A DNA stretch of 64,000 bases. It comes from a virus. The notes below the pieces were generated by a model, which saw only the letters and a list, made by a program, of their open reading frames with translations, was not told the DNA's origin and ran no database searches. Location of the stretch: IMG/VR virus record IMGVR_UViG_3300017917_002814, positions 73,413 to 137,412 of that record; one strand, given 5' to 3'. Made by a program: the position numbers and the translations under genes. Below, piece after piece: positions 8,300-17,623 of this stretch (its first letter is position 1; the number at the start of each line of letters is the position of its first letter).

Positions 8300-8487
8300 T
8301 AGTCTCTTTCTGCCACAGTGGCTTCTTTGATAAGAGAAATCAACTCATCTAAATCTTTACATAAAATTTTAGCGGTTGCCCACTCGCTGCTTGAGTCTCT
8401 ACCACTGATTTCTAACATAAATCCATTGTCATACATATAAACTGTAAAGTTGTCGTTTACTTTTTCTAGTTTGTCATTTAGTTTCAT
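8299..8487 (-). CDS. hypothetical protein
   Basis: 62-aa coupled ORF. Confidence 0.7.
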   Translation of the reverse strand: MKLNDKLEKVNDNFTVYMYDNGFMLEISGRDSSSEWATAKILCKDLDELISLIKEATVAERD

Positions 8488-8708
8488 TTTAAACCTTTCT
8501 TTTTTTTGTCTTCCTGCATTCCTTGTGCTATCATTTTTTTAATAATCAACAGCACTCGACCTTTTTCTTTCTCCGTTAAAAATTTAACCAATACAAGTTT
8601 ATCATCATAACTTTTAGCACCATCTAAGAATTCTTCTGGTACTGTTATTTTTGGTTTTTTTGGTTTAAACTTTTTTAAATTTGCTTTTATGTCATCATCG
8701 TCGGACAT
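8484..8708 (-). CDS. hypothetical Lys-rich protein
   Basis: 74-aa coupled ORF. Confidence 0.65.
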   Translation of the reverse strand: MSDDDDIKANLKKFKPKKPKITVPEEFLDGAKSYDDKLVLVKFLTEKEKGRVLLIIKKMIAQGMQEDKKKKGLK

Positions 8709-8713
8709 TCATA

Positions 8714-9391
8714 TTATTCTTTCTTATCTCCAAACAATTGAAGCAGGCTCAAGAATAGATTTATAAAGTCTAAATAGAGAGTCAATGCACCCATAACTTC
8801 AACCGCCGGTCCATCACTTTCCATCAATTGTTCTCTAATCTTTTGAGTATCATATGCTGTTAGACCTAAAAAGATAACTACAGCCGCAGCACTTATTACT
8901 GTTTGAAGCAGAGATGATCCGATAAAGATATTTACTATACTTGTAATAATAATAGCTATTAGTGCCACAAATAGATATTTCCCCAACGAGTCTAAACTTT
9001 GTTTTGTGAAATAGCCGTAAATACTCATGGTCAAAAAAAGTATCGCAGCACCAAAGAATGCACTAGCAATACTGGCACTGGTGTAAAGTACAAAGATAGT
9101 GGCAAAACTTAGTCCCATTAGTGCAGCGAAACCAAACAGACAGGCCTTGGCTACAAATTTTGAAGGGCTATTGCCGAGTACATATCCTACACCAAATATT
9201 GCTGCCAACGGTGCAAATATTACGACCCATTTCATAATGCCAGTAAAAAAGAATGCCATAAGTGCAGCATCTGAGGCTACCAAGGCACTCACAATCATAC
9301 TTACTATAACTGCTTGTGCCATATTATTGTATACACGAATCATACCGCTGTTAATTTCAGCAGGTGTTCTATAGGGTAATGCGTAATCCAT
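8714..9391 (-). CDS. Bax inhibitor-1/YccA family membrane protein
   Basis: about 7 TM helices, YDTQKI and LYLDFINLF motifs; start moved to MDYALP after AAGGAG. Confidence 0.9.
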   Translation of the reverse strand: MDYALPYRTPAEINSGMIRVYNNMAQAVIVSMIVSALVASDAALMAFFFTGIMKWVVIFAPLAAIFGVGYVLGNSPSKFVAKACLFGFAALMGLSFATIFVLYTSASIASAFFGAAILFLTMSIYGYFTKQSLDSLGKYLFVALIAIIITSIVNIFIGSSLLQTVISAAAVVIFLGLTAYDTQKIREQLMESDGPAVEVMGALTLYLDFINLFLSLLQLFGDKKE

Positions 9392-9401
9392 TGTAGTCTC
9401 C

Positions 9402-10097
9402 TTATCTAGGTGCAAACTCTTGTTGCAATTTTACGTTGTCAAAAAACTCTTTCTTGGTTGCCGGGTCAGCTTTAAACGCTCCTTTTAACACGGTAGTCTG
9501 GGTGAGACTACTGTGTGCCATAATGCCCCTATTCTCGCAGCATCCATGTGTGGCCTGTATATAAACCGCCACATCTCTACTTCCAGTCGCAAACTCAATC
9601 TCCCTTGCAATGTCCATACAAAGCTCTTCCTGTAGTGTACCTCTCCTTGCACACCACTGAGCGATTCTTGTATACTTACTAAGGCCGATGAGTTTGGGAC
9701 CAGCAATGATGCCAATGTACGCCACGCCTGATACAGGTTGGTGATGATGACTGCAAACACTTTTAAGTTCTGAACGGACCACAAGCATCCCTTCGTACTT
9801 ACCGTCTGCATCATTCGGAAACGCAGTTGCGTTTGGTGTCGGATCATATCTACCTGCCATTAGTTCATTATAATACATTTTGGCAAGACGCCTCGCTGTG
9901 CCAATACTATTAGGATCTGTTGCTCTATCAATCAACAATGTGTCTAGTACTTGTTCAAACGCCTCAGTGGCTTCGTCGATCAATTGATCTTTGTCCTCAT
10001 CCGTTACATAACTGCTGATGTTGTCACCGGCCCAGTATCTTTTGCCGTCGGCATGCATTTGCTCTCGAATTCTATCGCTTACTCGTGTGTATTTCAT
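9402..10097 (-). CDS. folE: GTP cyclohydrolase I
   Basis: CSHHH, GLSKY, LQEEL and HGCCENRG motifs. Confidence 0.95.
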   Translation of the reverse strand: MKYTRVSDRIREQMHADGKRYWAGDNISSYVTDEDKDQLIDEATEAFEQVLDTLLIDRATDPNSIGTARRLAKMYYNELMAGRYDPTPNATAFPNDADGKYEGMLVVRSELKSVCSHHHQPVSGVAYIGIIAGPKLIGLSKYTRIAQWCARRGTLQEELCMDIAREIEFATGSRDVAVYIQATHGCCENRGIMAHSSLTQTTVLKGAFKADPATKKEFFDNVKLQQEFAPR

Positions 10098-10682
10098 TCA
10101 ATCTCCAATAATTGTAATATCTCTAAGATCTGGATATTCGTGATATTTAGGCGGTTCGTTTACTGAATACAATTTTTCCAAACCATGTCTTGCATCTTCA
10201 ATAGTGGGGCGATAATGGTAACCAATCTTGAAAACACGCTGTTCCTGCCACGGTTGAACCGCAAGGTCTCGACCATCATATCTCTGCTGTAATAAAAAGC
10301 CATATGCTTCCTTGTCATCTAATAGTATAGCACCACCGTGACCTATTTGTAAAGGCTTGTTATGACCAAAACTTAAACATTGCATCATGCCCGGTCTATA
10401 CATTCCCGTTTCTAATCTACGGGCACTATCCCAAATATCTGTCCCGTAAAATCTATACTCACCTGTCCATTTTTCTGGCACTAGTTCGTATTCTATACCC
10501 AACTTGTGCATGGTCATAGGAATAGATAGATAGGTATATGCGGTAAATTTAGTTCGTTTGACTTTCTTATATCTCAAACACATTTCAATAGCATGAGTAC
10601 AACAGTCGGTCATTACAGCATACGGTGCGCCAGTTTTTTTGGCCAATAACTTCTCAAATTGAGCTATTTCTTCAAACGCCAC
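10098..10682 (-). CDS. short DegT/DnrJ/EryC1-like PLP aminotransferase
   Basis: FE..LA, CTHA, DSA and LSFGHNKPLQIGHGG (PLP Lys) motifs; probable GTG start at 10682; only about 195 aa. Confidence 0.75.
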   Translation of the reverse strand: MAFEEIAQFEKLLAKKTGAPYAVMTDCCTHAIEMCLRYKKVKRTKFTAYTYLSIPMTMHKLGIEYELVPEKWTGEYRFYGTDIWDSARRLETGMYRPGMMQCLSFGHNKPLQIGHGGAILLDDKEAYGFLLQQRYDGRDLAVQPWQEQRVFKIGYHYRPTIEDARHGLEKLYSVNEPPKYHEYPDLRDITIIGD

Positions 10683-11646
10683 GTGTGTACCATTTATAAG
10701 CACTATCAACGATTTGATCTAGGGTTGAATACTTTGGTTTCCATCTAAGCAAAGTATAAGCAATATCTGCATTTGCCACTAGTTTGTCTGGGTCACCGGG
10801 TCTACGCGGACCAATTTTGACGTCTACACCACCATAATTTAAAGAAATATAATCTATAATCTCCTTATTACTAATGCCGTGTTGAGTCCCAAGATTCATA
10901 ATTGCTGCATAGGTTTTATCTTGATTTGCCATCCAATCAATTGCACGTATGTGTGCATCGGCTAAATCCCAAACATGAACATAGTCTCTAACACAAGTGC
11001 CATCGGGGGTATTGTAATCTTTACCGTTCAATGTAAAAATTTTTCCTGCTAGTTTTGCTTCGAATATTCTGGCAATAATATGACTTGCTCCTGGCGCTTG
11101 TCCTAAGTCGTAGTCAAAAGGTTCAGCACCGGCTGCATTAAAATATCTGAAACATACACTAGGTATGCCGTATGCAGTATGATAATCTGATAACATACGT
11201 TCAGTTATATATTTACTTGTGCCATATGGACTAATTGGCATTTTGGGATCAGTTTCGTAGACAGGAATATTTACAGGATTACCGTACACACTTGCACTAG
11301 AACTAAACAGCACAAGTGGTTTCTTTTTGAGATCTTTGAGACAATTTAATAATAGGACTGTTTTGGCTACATTGTTGTTATAATACTTGGCAGGATCTGC
11401 TACACTTTCACCTACAAGGGTATCTCCACCACAATGCACCACTACGTCAGGCTCAAGGTCTTGAATCCATAGCAGCGACTCTTTGCTGGAATAATCGCTG
11501 TGTAAAAAACCTTCAATATTTTTAAGAGTATGATTTCTACGTTCGCGGTCAATTACATAGATATTGTTTTTTGGATCATGTTGCTTTAAGGCTCGCGCGA
11601 TATGGCTACCAATATAGCCACACCCTCCGGTTATAACAACTTTCAT
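10672..11646 (-). CDS. galE: UDP-glucose 4-epimerase
   Basis: TGGCGYIGSH, FSSSASVYG, PYGTSK, RYFNAAGA and DGTCVRDYVHV motifs. Confidence 0.92.
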   Translation of the reverse strand: MKVVITGGCGYIGSHIARALKQHDPKNNIYVIDRERRNHTLKNIEGFLHSDYSSKESLLWIQDLEPDVVVHCGGDTLVGESVADPAKYYNNNVAKTVLLLNCLKDLKKKPLVLFSSSASVYGNPVNIPVYETDPKMPISPYGTSKYITERMLSDYHTAYGIPSVCFRYFNAAGAEPFDYDLGQAPGASHIIARIFEAKLAGKIFTLNGKDYNTPDGTCVRDYVHVWDLADAHIRAIDWMANQDKTYAAIMNLGTQHGISNKEIIDYISLNYGGVDVKIGPRRPGDPDKLVANADIAYTLLRWKPKYSTLDQIVDSAYKWYTRGV

Positions 11647-12362
11647 ATATATTTTTTTTCTTTAAGAAAAGGGATAATTATTTTGTCTACAAACAATTTA
11701 TGTTGTTCTGAAGTAGGATGAAAAGGGTCATCATCGGCAAAAGATAAATTAGAAAAGTCTCGCGCCCATTCATGTTCCCCTTTGACAGGCAAAAAATTTG
11801 ATTTATCAATCAAATCATGCAAATGTGTTACATCCGCTTCTTGAGTGATACCATTATTAAAAAGATCCTCAGTTATATTACTCATAAAAAAAGGAACACG
11901 ATTTAGATGTAAAAACCATTGTGTCCTAAGGATGTGTTCATAAGTGTATATCAAAGATCCAATATTGTCGTGAAATGTAGTATAGTATAATTTACTTAGA
12001 CTGTTTTTCCAACCCCAATGGAGTAAATTCCAAGATTTACTGGTTCCAGGAATAAAATGAGTAGGATTTTGTCGCCAACCATCGGAGTTTTCGGGCGTGA
12101 GTTCATCTCTAGAATAAAACTCTGATCTGTCTCTATTAGACCACATTATTCCCACTAAAATTTCATCAGGCTTATAATTTTTTAGTGCTTGAGAAACTTC
12201 GTAAATGACTTTTCTTGAAATAAGTCCATTTCCTGAACTGCCTAATCCTAATTCTTTTTTTAGAACATTTGGAAAATGATTGGCCAGATGGACTGGCCAA
12301 GTTTGATCCCATGCTGTATCAGTAAAACTGCAACCACTAGTGATTAAAATTTTAGTTGTCAT
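11643..12362 (-). CDS. SGNH-like protein
   Basis: GCSFT N-terminal motif and C-terminal FHP; same architecture as 5062-5766. Confidence 0.55.
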   Translation of the reverse strand: MTTKILITSGCSFTDTAWDQTWPVHLANHFPNVLKKELGLGSSGNGLISRKVIYEVSQALKNYKPDEILVGIMWSNRDRSEFYSRDELTPENSDGWRQNPTHFIPGTSKSWNLLHWGWKNSLSKLYYTTFHDNIGSLIYTYEHILRTQWFLHLNRVPFFMSNITEDLFNNGITQEADVTHLHDLIDKSNFLPVKGEHEWARDFSNLSFADDDPFHPTSEQHKLFVDKIIIPFLKEKKYI

Positions 12363-13555
12363 TTATACTTGTTTTCATGAGTATGACGTCTATAATCTAT
12401 GCTCATACGCAACCACTGTTCGCCTTTGCCTTCGATTATGTCACAGATACGATCAATGGTACCATCATTCCACGCACTAAATTTACCCATGTTTGCATGC
12501 GGGCGCTGGAGGAGGGGGATAAGTTTTTGTGTAGCATCTCTGAGCGACCACGGCACATAAAGTCGTTCATGATCATTTGCAAAAGCTTCGGGAAAGCTGC
12601 GGTATGCGGGGTATAAGATATTAGCCCCAAGAGCGTCCGCCTCGCTGGCAGTATTTGACACCCAATCCTGAAGAGCACAATTAAAAAGTACTCGCGTGTC
12701 GTTGAGTAGAGCGTAGTAATCATTCTTTTCAAGATCTTCATATACTGTCAGTTTACCTTCTGCTTGTAGTCTGCGTGTTCGTTCCATATACGAACTATTA
12801 TTACTACGCAACTTGCTGCCGCTGAATACACAGAACTCTACCTGAGGCCAATCGTTGTATGGCAGTGCTTGCAGTCTATGATATTCTTCAATAAGGTCCA
12901 TGTAGAAGTCGGGCTGCTTCTCTTGATCCCATCTAGCAGCAAAGCCTACGCGGCAAGCTCGGTCTTCAAACCGTTTAAGTTCACCGGGCACACGACTGCG
13001 TACTTCGTCTTTACCAAACGCAAGACCGCTGATATTGTATATTGGAGCTTTCCAGCCTGCCACCTTCATGTGCATGACCATTTCTTCATTGGTAGCAAGA
13101 ATAATATCTGCAAATGAATCTACCATCTTTTCATAATGCCCCATCCATTCCTGCATGCCCCAGACATGAACAAAGTCGTCTGGGTCAATAGTTTGTGCAA
13201 GACAACGAACGGCAATGCGAGGGCGCATGTTAGTAGGCACTTGATCAAGAATGTAAGGTAAGCTCTCGATGCCGGGTTGAAACATGTCTTCAAAGTAGAT
13301 AACATCTTCATTGTTAATTTCTCCTTGTTGCATCATGCGTACAAGATTCATCAATTGGCTCATGCCAAAGTAGGTACGACCGTGTGCATCAAGCACTTGC
13401 CCAACACTGATCTTTTGACTGTTGTCAAGATTCAGTCCTGGCACAATCCGATAATCAATACCACGACGTTCAAACACAGCACGATTCCACTCTTGCAGTT
13501 GTAGAGTGTAACGTGCTTTATAAGGCTCTAGACCCATATACCATAACTTACGCAT
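12359..13555 (-). CDS. GT-B (GT4-like) glycosyltransferase
   Basis: RWDQEKQP and C-terminal nucleotide-sugar-binding region (ALQDWVSNTASEADALG...P..RSFPE); start moved to MRKLWY (TAATG overlap, AGGAG SD). Confidence 0.7.
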   Translation of the reverse strand: MRKLWYMGLEPYKARYTLQLQEWNRAVFERRGIDYRIVPGLNLDNSQKISVGQVLDAHGRTYFGMSQLMNLVRMMQQGEINNEDVIYFEDMFQPGIESLPYILDQVPTNMRPRIAVRCLAQTIDPDDFVHVWGMQEWMGHYEKMVDSFADIILATNEEMVMHMKVAGWKAPIYNISGLAFGKDEVRSRVPGELKRFEDRACRVGFAARWDQEKQPDFYMDLIEEYHRLQALPYNDWPQVEFCVFSGSKLRSNNSSYMERTRRLQAEGKLTVYEDLEKNDYYALLNDTRVLFNCALQDWVSNTASEADALGANILYPAYRSFPEAFANDHERLYVPWSLRDATQKLIPLLQRPHANMGKFSAWNDGTIDRICDIIEGKGEQWLRMSIDYRRHTHENKYK

Positions 13556-14040
13556 TACTTTTCTCCTGTATCTGTAGCGACCTTGATATTTAGACCGCGT
13601 AGTGAACTGGCAGGAATTTCTGCGTTTGATGCTTTCTGAGCGATCACACTGTTCCAATAGTCCTTTGGATCAATGCCCATTCCAGCAGTAGTATCTGCAT
13701 ATTTGAGATTGTAATCTTGCGCTCGATATCCTGGACCAGTAGGTTGTTGCATTTGATTATATGTAATAGACTGTTTTATTTTTTCAATCTCTTGTTCTAG
13801 TCGTCGGAAGTATTGCCACTGTTCGCGCACATCTTCTTGCATTCTACGCAGCGGGCCGTGTTTCTTGACTCTTTGTTCACCTTCGTGGTCGTCGTTATCA
13901 GTCAATATGACCATCATCATGAGTTGGCGCAGGGCATTCTTGACTCTAGGATCATCACTAGTCAAGGCTTGGTCAAACATTTCAACAAAGCGTTCTAGAT
14001 CGTAGTCGGCTGTGTCTTTTTCTCGCATGGCGCCGCTCAT
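13555..14040 (-). CDS. hypothetical coiled-coil protein
   Basis: 161-aa coupled ORF. Confidence 0.7.
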   Translation of the reverse strand: MSGAMREKDTADYDLERFVEMFDQALTSDDPRVKNALRQLMMMVILTDNDDHEGEQRVKKHGPLRRMQEDVREQWQYFRRLEQEIEKIKQSITYNQMQQPTGPGYRAQDYNLKYADTTAGMGIDPKDYWNSVIAQKASNAEIPASSLRGLNIKVATDTGEK

Positions 14041-14258
14041 TGACTGCGTTCCTTTTTAGCGTACCAATTCATTTTTGGCCATTTACCGCGTTGTGCCCGA
14101 TCGAATTCGCCCCACGGAGTCTGTTGATTGTACAAATGTCGTTCATCATATGGATATCCATAAGTTACACAAAATTCACGATATCGATCGAGGTCGTCAA
14201 AAATTTGACTGACTTCGGGTTTCATAGTCAGGTACTTCTTGAGCCATTTAGCGGCCAT
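14037..14258 (-). CDS. hypothetical protein
   Basis: 73-aa ORF, AAGGAG SD. Confidence 0.75.
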   Translation of the reverse strand: MAAKWLKKYLTMKPEVSQIFDDLDRYREFCVTYGYPYDERHLYNQQTPWGEFDRAQRGKWPKMNWYAKKERSQ

Positions 14259-14268
14259 TTTAATCTCC

Positions 14269-14718
14269 TTAGATTTTGATTGATAGAGAAGGTTGATGTG
14301 TGTTGTAAGTTATTGTACAGCCATTTTCGCCGTCCTCACTTACACTTATTGTAACATTACGTCCGGGATATCTGTTTGCAATTTGGACATATAGATCGTC
14401 CGCAATCATTTCACAGCTTTTGTGATCGAGTTGCAGTGTGGCTTGGTTGCCCGAATACAGTTGTTCAATCCATCGTTTGAACTGTATGAATTCGATGTCT
14501 CTGTCATTGTGATAGACATCAATGCTAATCCTAAAATGAAATATGTGCCGATGAGGATAGCCAAGGAACGATACGTCATAATAATCTCCGGTCGCAAGTA
14601 GTGGATCGGTAAGTGCTGCTGGATATTGATGTATGCCTTCTTTGGTGAAAGTAACCCAAATTTGTCTTTGGGCTTGATGTTTGATTCTTTCTACTGTTTC
14701 TCTTTGTTCTAAGTTCAT
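14269..14718 (-). CDS. QueD-paralogous T-fold protein, DpdL-like (putative CDG decarboxylase)
   Basis: LGYPHRHIF (LxxxHRHxF), DRDIEF, SCEMIA and VSEDGENG motifs; located in the deazaguanine cluster. Confidence 0.65.
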   Translation of the reverse strand: MNLEQRETVERIKHQAQRQIWVTFTKEGIHQYPAALTDPLLATGDYYDVSFLGYPHRHIFHFRISIDVYHNDRDIEFIQFKRWIEQLYSGNQATLQLDHKSCEMIADDLYVQIANRYPGRNVTISVSEDGENGCTITYNTHQPSLSIKI

Positions 14719-15311
14719 AATGAATGTAGGTTATTTAAAGTAACTTCTTTAGTATAAATTCCGTTATTCAATAAGTCAATTATTTTAATTACCAAGTCGG
14801 CTGTGTCCATTGCATTTTGCAGTATAAATTTTGAATATAAGTTTCCGTCTAAAGTAGTTATAAAGTTAGTGTCTAGCAGTGCAGGATTTATCTGTATGAC
14901 TTTAAGAAATGGATCAATTGTTCTGTTTTCATTTATTATATTTCTTTGTTTTCTTTTTTCAACAAGATATTCTTTTTCTTTGGTGTTAAAATCTTTGAAA
15001 AACGTTTCTGGTTCATCTAGTAAAAAACTTCCAATATTTACAATCAATTTTGATGAATTGCCTCTCCAACTCTTTAGAAAATATTTGAGTAATTCTGTTT
15101 GTCCAAAATTATCATATGCGTTATTTATAAACACGTCTGAATTTTTGTTATTCCATACTATTTTTGCAATAGAAGGAATTTGCCCTATATCGTAACCATC
15201 AATTATATCAAAACCTACTACATCTGTGCAAATGTTTTTATAATAGTATTTTAATTTTAAAAACAACGCTTCGCCTAACCCAGACCTATGACCAGTAATG
15301 ACAAATTTCAT
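14715..15311 (-). CDS. short-chain dehydrogenase/reductase-like protein
   Basis: ITGHRSGLG, DVFINNA, IVNIGS and YxxxK (YLVEK) motifs; AT-rich. Confidence 0.7.
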   Translation of the reverse strand: MKFVITGHRSGLGEALFLKLKYYYKNICTDVVGFDIIDGYDIGQIPSIAKIVWNNKNSDVFINNAYDNFGQTELLKYFLKSWRGNSSKLIVNIGSFLLDEPETFFKDFNTKEKEYLVEKRKQRNIINENRTIDPFLKVIQINPALLDTNFITTLDGNLYSKFILQNAMDTADLVIKIIDLLNNGIYTKEVTLNNLHSL

Positions 15312-15838
15312 TTAACTATCTCATCTTTGGTATATTGAGACCAATCGGTAAAAGTTGAACGGTTCATTAGTTTATGAACACTATGACACCACACACCTGG
15401 GTTTGAATGAGCAAAGTTTGTGTCATCTAGTTTAATTGTAGCATTATACCCTAGTTGTTGTAAATAGGGCAATTTAACCGATATCATTGGAATAAATTTA
15501 TGATATTCTACAAACGGAGTTTCGAGCAATCCTTCTACTTCTTGGACGTCAATATCTAAAGTACACCAGTATCCTCGACCTATAAAAGGCATAATCATGT
15601 TTTCCCAACGAATCCAGTCTTGACTGGTTGCCCTACCTGTTGGAAAACTTTGATTAGCACCAAAATAGATATGTTCTATTCGACGATCCACTGATGTGTA
15701 AGGATCGTCAAGTATCTTTTCAATATCTTCAGTAGATTGAACACCTATTACAAATAGAGTTTTCATTCCAAATGCGGGACTATGTTCCACTTCTGTACCT
15801 ATAAACATAGCTGCATTATTATGTCCGGGTCTATCCAT
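15308..15838 (-). CDS. hypothetical protein in the deazaguanine cluster
   Basis: 176-aa ORF with HIYFGANQSF and NPGVWCH motifs, between the dpdA-like and dpdL-like genes. Confidence 0.75.
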   Translation of the reverse strand: MDRPGHNNAAMFIGTEVEHSPAFGMKTLFVIGVQSTEDIEKILDDPYTSVDRRIEHIYFGANQSFPTGRATSQDWIRWENMIMPFIGRGYWCTLDIDVQEVEGLLETPFVEYHKFIPMISVKLPYLQQLGYNATIKLDDTNFAHSNPGVWCHSVHKLMNRSTFTDWSQYTKDEIVK

Positions 15839-16050
15839 TAGTTATCACCATATCCAATTCGTTGAGTATCTTCTTCCCATTGTAATTTATGTAGTCTACT
15901 AATTTCGTCCTTTAATCGCAACTTCTTTTTTTTCAATTCAGCAAGATGTTCAACATCTACACCGGGGTGATTAGTTTGCATTTCATTTATTTGTTTGTCA
16001 AGCAGTTTGTGCATTTCTTCTAAATGCTGTATACGACTTTTATAGCTCAT
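15838..16050 (-). CDS. DUF465/YdcH-like small coiled-coil protein
   Basis: HxxLDxxI...LKKKKLRLKDEI; start moved to MSYKSR after GGAGGAG. Confidence 0.75.
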   Translation of the reverse strand: MSYKSRIQHLEEMHKLLDKQINEMQTNHPGVDVEHLAELKKKKLRLKDEISRLHKLQWEEDTQRIGYGDN

Positions 16051-17599
16051 GCGGCTCCTCCAAATGTGATTGCATAATGTTTTCAGCTTCTTCTTCTTCA
16101 GACATTTCTTCATCTGTAGAATCTTCTACGGTTTCAAAAAGAACATTAAACATGGTATTACTGTTTTTAGTTTTTTTACCTTTGAATCCTCTAGTGCCAA
16201 TAATATTCATCCAATAACTATCATAGTGATCTATTATATCATTAGCAGTTTGCTGATCTGGTGCGGCAAATATGGCTTCTACTATATCTTCAAATTTGGC
16301 ATGATCTCCTTGACGATTCCATAACATAGCAGGACGTTCTCCAGAATCAAATTTTCTATTGGCTCTTTGTACACTCTCAATGTGCATCCAAACATTGTGC
16401 CCCATCATTATTGCATAGCTAAAACTATCCCAACTGGTTTTACCTTCTTTACCATTTTTGTTTAGATCGCCGGGTTTATATATACAAACATCTTTAATCA
16501 ATAAATGTTGACTTATAGGACTGTCTTCAAAATTTTCGAATATGGCATCTTGCAACACTGCGTCTCTGAACAATCTAGTATCAGTGGCATATTTCTTATC
16601 ATCGGCGCTTGGAGACATTCGATAAGACCATTTACTATCGTGCGGTAAATCAATTGAATGATACATTTGCCCATTGGCTGTAGCAAGAAATGGGCTTGCA
16701 CAATCAAAACTAATTGTAAAATTAGGATTCACGTATTTTCTTACGGCTCGTTGAATTACAGTAAGTAACACAGCCCATTCTAGCTTACTGGTGCCCAAAA
16801 AGTGCATCCAGTCATGAATACCCTCCTGGAGCAAGTTATCATATTTTAACGCAATTAGTCTTTTAAGGACAAGATGAATGTCACACATGTTTTGACCACC
16901 CATTGCCCATCCGTCAAAGTGTGTATCTGGATATTTGTTTGGATCGCAGAACTCTTTCATTTCTTGATACCATGCTTCTGCACTAGTGTGATTATCACCT
17001 TGCAGCACATTTAAAAACTTGGCGCCACCGTTGTTTTTTCCTTGACGATGCTGCATGAAATATAAGTTATTAAACTTTGTAGCATCTACGGCTTCTTCAA
17101 GTGTAGTGATACCACAAGCCTTACTGGCTTTCTTATCGTGAATGACCCATGTTGGAATATCAAGAATCATGCCATAATCAGCAATACCATCTAACCATTT
17201 TAACACAGCTGAACGTTTTTTTTCGGCCTTGGCACAACCTGAGTTGGCTTTCCAATCGCCTTCCCATAAGCCTTTGGCAATTTGGAATCCTCCTGAATCA
17301 CCTAACATAAAGGTTCCTGGCTCTCTTTTACGAACCATATCCTCGCTAGGATCATCTTTGGCAAGATCTAGATTCGCATGTCCTCCTGAGTAGAGGCTCC
17401 ATCGGTAAGGGAATAGTCCTTGTTGACTGTTTAGCCAATTGAATTGTTCCATATCTTGTAATGCCTGTGGCATACGAGCAGGATCAACATAATCATTATT
17501 GACACGTTGTTTCCCTATAAAAGTTGCATAGAAGCCGGATATAGCTGGTAAGAATACTGCATAATCAGACTGTTTTGATGTTAAATTATCTTGGGCCAT
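16040..17599 (-). CDS. TGT-fold guanine transglycosylase, DpdA-like (DNA 7-deazaguanine insertion)
   Basis: GDSGGFQ, LDIP, NVLQG, AMGG, HFLG and SFD motifs of the TGT barrel; no CxCxxC zinc motif; start likely MAQDNL. Confidence 0.8.
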   Translation of the reverse strand: MAQDNLTSKQSDYAVFLPAISGFYATFIGKQRVNNDYVDPARMPQALQDMEQFNWLNSQQGLFPYRWSLYSGGHANLDLAKDDPSEDMVRKREPGTFMLGDSGGFQIAKGLWEGDWKANSGCAKAEKKRSAVLKWLDGIADYGMILDIPTWVIHDKKASKACGITTLEEAVDATKFNNLYFMQHRQGKNNGGAKFLNVLQGDNHTSAEAWYQEMKEFCDPNKYPDTHFDGWAMGGQNMCDIHLVLKRLIALKYDNLLQEGIHDWMHFLGTSKLEWAVLLTVIQRAVRKYVNPNFTISFDCASPFLATANGQMYHSIDLPHDSKWSYRMSPSADDKKYATDTRLFRDAVLQDAIFENFEDSPISQHLLIKDVCIYKPGDLNKNGKEGKTSWDSFSYAIMMGHNVWMHIESVQRANRKFDSGERPAMLWNRQGDHAKFEDIVEAIFAAPDQQTANDIIDHYDSYWMNIIGTRGFKGKKTKNSNTMFNVLFETVEDSTDEEMSEEEEAENIMQSHLEEPHEL

Positions 17600-17623
17600 A
17601 TGTAATCTTTGATATAGCAATTA

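Noticed and set aside
16040-17599. Canonical tRNA-guanine transglycosylase (tgt)
   Set aside because: It lacks the CxCxxC...H zinc site, is much longer and divergent, and has no queC/queF/queA context; a DNA-acting DpdA-like role fits better.
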